From IMG/VR virus record IMGVR_UViG_3300037466_000352: a stretch of 64,000 bases of DNA; one strand, written 5' to 3'. The DNA comes from a virus (Duplodnaviria > Heunggongvirae > Uroviricota > Caudoviricetes). A program made the translations under genes and the position numbers. Every line of letters begins with the position of its first letter. Positions within the stretch are counted from its first letter, which is position 1. This document shows positions 63,344 to 64,000 of this stretch, in pieces. The notes under the pieces are model-generated. The model was not told where the DNA came from. It made no database searches and worked only from the letters and a program-made list of their open reading frames with translations.

Positions 63344-63634
63344 ATGGACATCAAGGAACTGAAGGCTGCACTGGCCTCGAAGGGTTGGACTGAAGATGCT
63401 TACGGGCACATGAAGAAGGAACTGAAGGTCCAGACCGCAGAGAAGGACGACATGCGTCTGTATCGCGTCAAGATTCAAAAACTATCGGTGAGATTGGAAC
63501 GCCAGTACACCATCGAAGCGACGCAGTATTCACCCGCACACAAGGAATGGACCAAGGTCGATTCGTGCTACCTGAAGGATATCAAGGTACGCGAAGACGG
63601 CTGCATTTTCATCGGCAAGAAAGGAATCAAATGA
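63344..63634 (+). CDS. Hypothetical protein
   Basis: Trimmed to ATG 63344 (MDIKELKAAL...) with RBS aagggga. Confidence 0.5.
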   Translation: MDIKELKAALASKGWTEDAYGHMKKELKVQTAEKDDMRLYRVKIQKLSVRLERQYTIEATQYSPAHKEWTKVDSCYLKDIKVREDGCIFIGKKGIK

Positions 63635-63843
63635 AGTACGAAAAGCTCGCAACGGACCTGATGTTCAGTAAGGTCGCAACGGCAGAACTAGCACCCGTCT
63701 ATGGACTTCAATTCCGCAAGGGAAAGACGGCCGATGACATCGCCAATGCCATCAAGAAAGCCAAGAAGAACGGCCACGCAAAGGTCGAATTCGAACTCTC
63801 TATGCTCGAAGTCTACCTAAAGAAATTGCTGAAGAAGGCTTGA
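63631..63843 (+). CDS. Hypothetical basic protein
   Basis: Trimmed to ATG 63631 (ATGA overlap), 70 aa. Confidence 0.45.
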   Translation: MKYEKLATDLMFSKVATAELAPVYGLQFRKGKTADDIANAIKKAKKNGHAKVEFELSMLEVYLKKLLKKA

Positions 63844-63869
63844 CGAATCACCTTCCAAGTCTGTATGAT
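63840..63869 (+). promoter_or_regulatory. Promoter TTGACG-N18-TATGAT with a CCTTCCAAGTCTG box and the conserved leader CATCGACAACAACTTTGGGAGTG
   Basis: The leader is identical over about 23 nt to the one at 47885-47908. Confidence 0.55.
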
Positions 63870-63902
63870 CTTGAACATCGACAACAACTTTGGGAGTGAA
63901 AC

Positions 63903-64000
63903 ATGGACTTCAAGACGAACGTGCGGGACTTCATGCCACATCTCGAAACGCAGGTGATCGAGTTCCAATTACACTTCCCGGTGCAGAACTTCGCAAATAT
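63903..64000 (+). CDS. 5' part of a gene that continues beyond the window
   Basis: ATG 63903 after RBS gggagtg. Open to the window end. Confidence 0.4.
   Translation, partial: MDFKTNVRDFMPHLETQVIEFQLHFPVQNFAN

Overview
This window is a T4-like (Tevenvirinae-style) phage replication and nucleotide-metabolism region. Almost all genes are on the + strand, with minus-strand genes at 27.7-28.2 kb and 60.1-62.9 kb. Coordinates for small motifs were hand-indexed and may be off by 1-2 nt.

Recognisable T4 homologues:
- gp41-like DnaB-family helicase (263-1675)
- gp61-like primase (9249-10313)
- RNase H/FEN (22160-23110)
- ATP-dependent DNA ligase (49914-51290)
- gp59 helicase loader (58019-58615)
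- gp32 ssDNA-binding protein (59037-60029)
- GH24 endolysin (52608-53120)
- an i-/o-spanin pair (13470-14125)

Nucleotide-metabolism genes:
- ThyX, MazG, NrdB and NrdA
- two HAD-family nucleotidases
- dCMP deaminase
- a metallophosphoesterase
- a nucleoside 2-deoxyribosyltransferase-like protein
- an HD hydrolase
- a NadM-Nudix (NMNAT) + NAMPT pair, i.e. a NARP2-type NAD+ salvage/reconstitution pathway
- PhoH

Other identified features:
- one tRNA-Trp(CCA)
- two free-standing GIY-YIG endonuclease-like genes
- a SleB-like cell-wall hydrolase
- a LigT-like 2H phosphoesterase
- an FmdB zinc-ribbon protein
- about 70 small hypothetical ORFs

Regulatory architecture visible in the sequence:
- about 15 near-identical sigma70-type promoters, TTGACA-N2-ATTCCCA-N5-TGG-TATAAT
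- a CTAAATA(T/G) motif 27-45 nt upstream of many start codons, consistent with T4-type late promoters
- repeated hairpins that sequester the SD and whose loop carries a promoter, including one upstream of the endolysin, as in T4 gene e
- Rho-independent terminators

Most unusual content:
- a block at 42.9-45.5 kb of five paralogous small proteins ending in a conserved GW-x-x-SS-x-C tail, interrupted by a Pol-beta-fold nucleotidyltransferase
- a second NTase-fold protein abutting a convergent late gene
- two GC-rich genes for secreted Gly/Ser/Thr-rich low-complexity proteins
- two His-rich paralogues
- a 638-aa glycine-zipper/proline-rich protein in a minus-strand late operon
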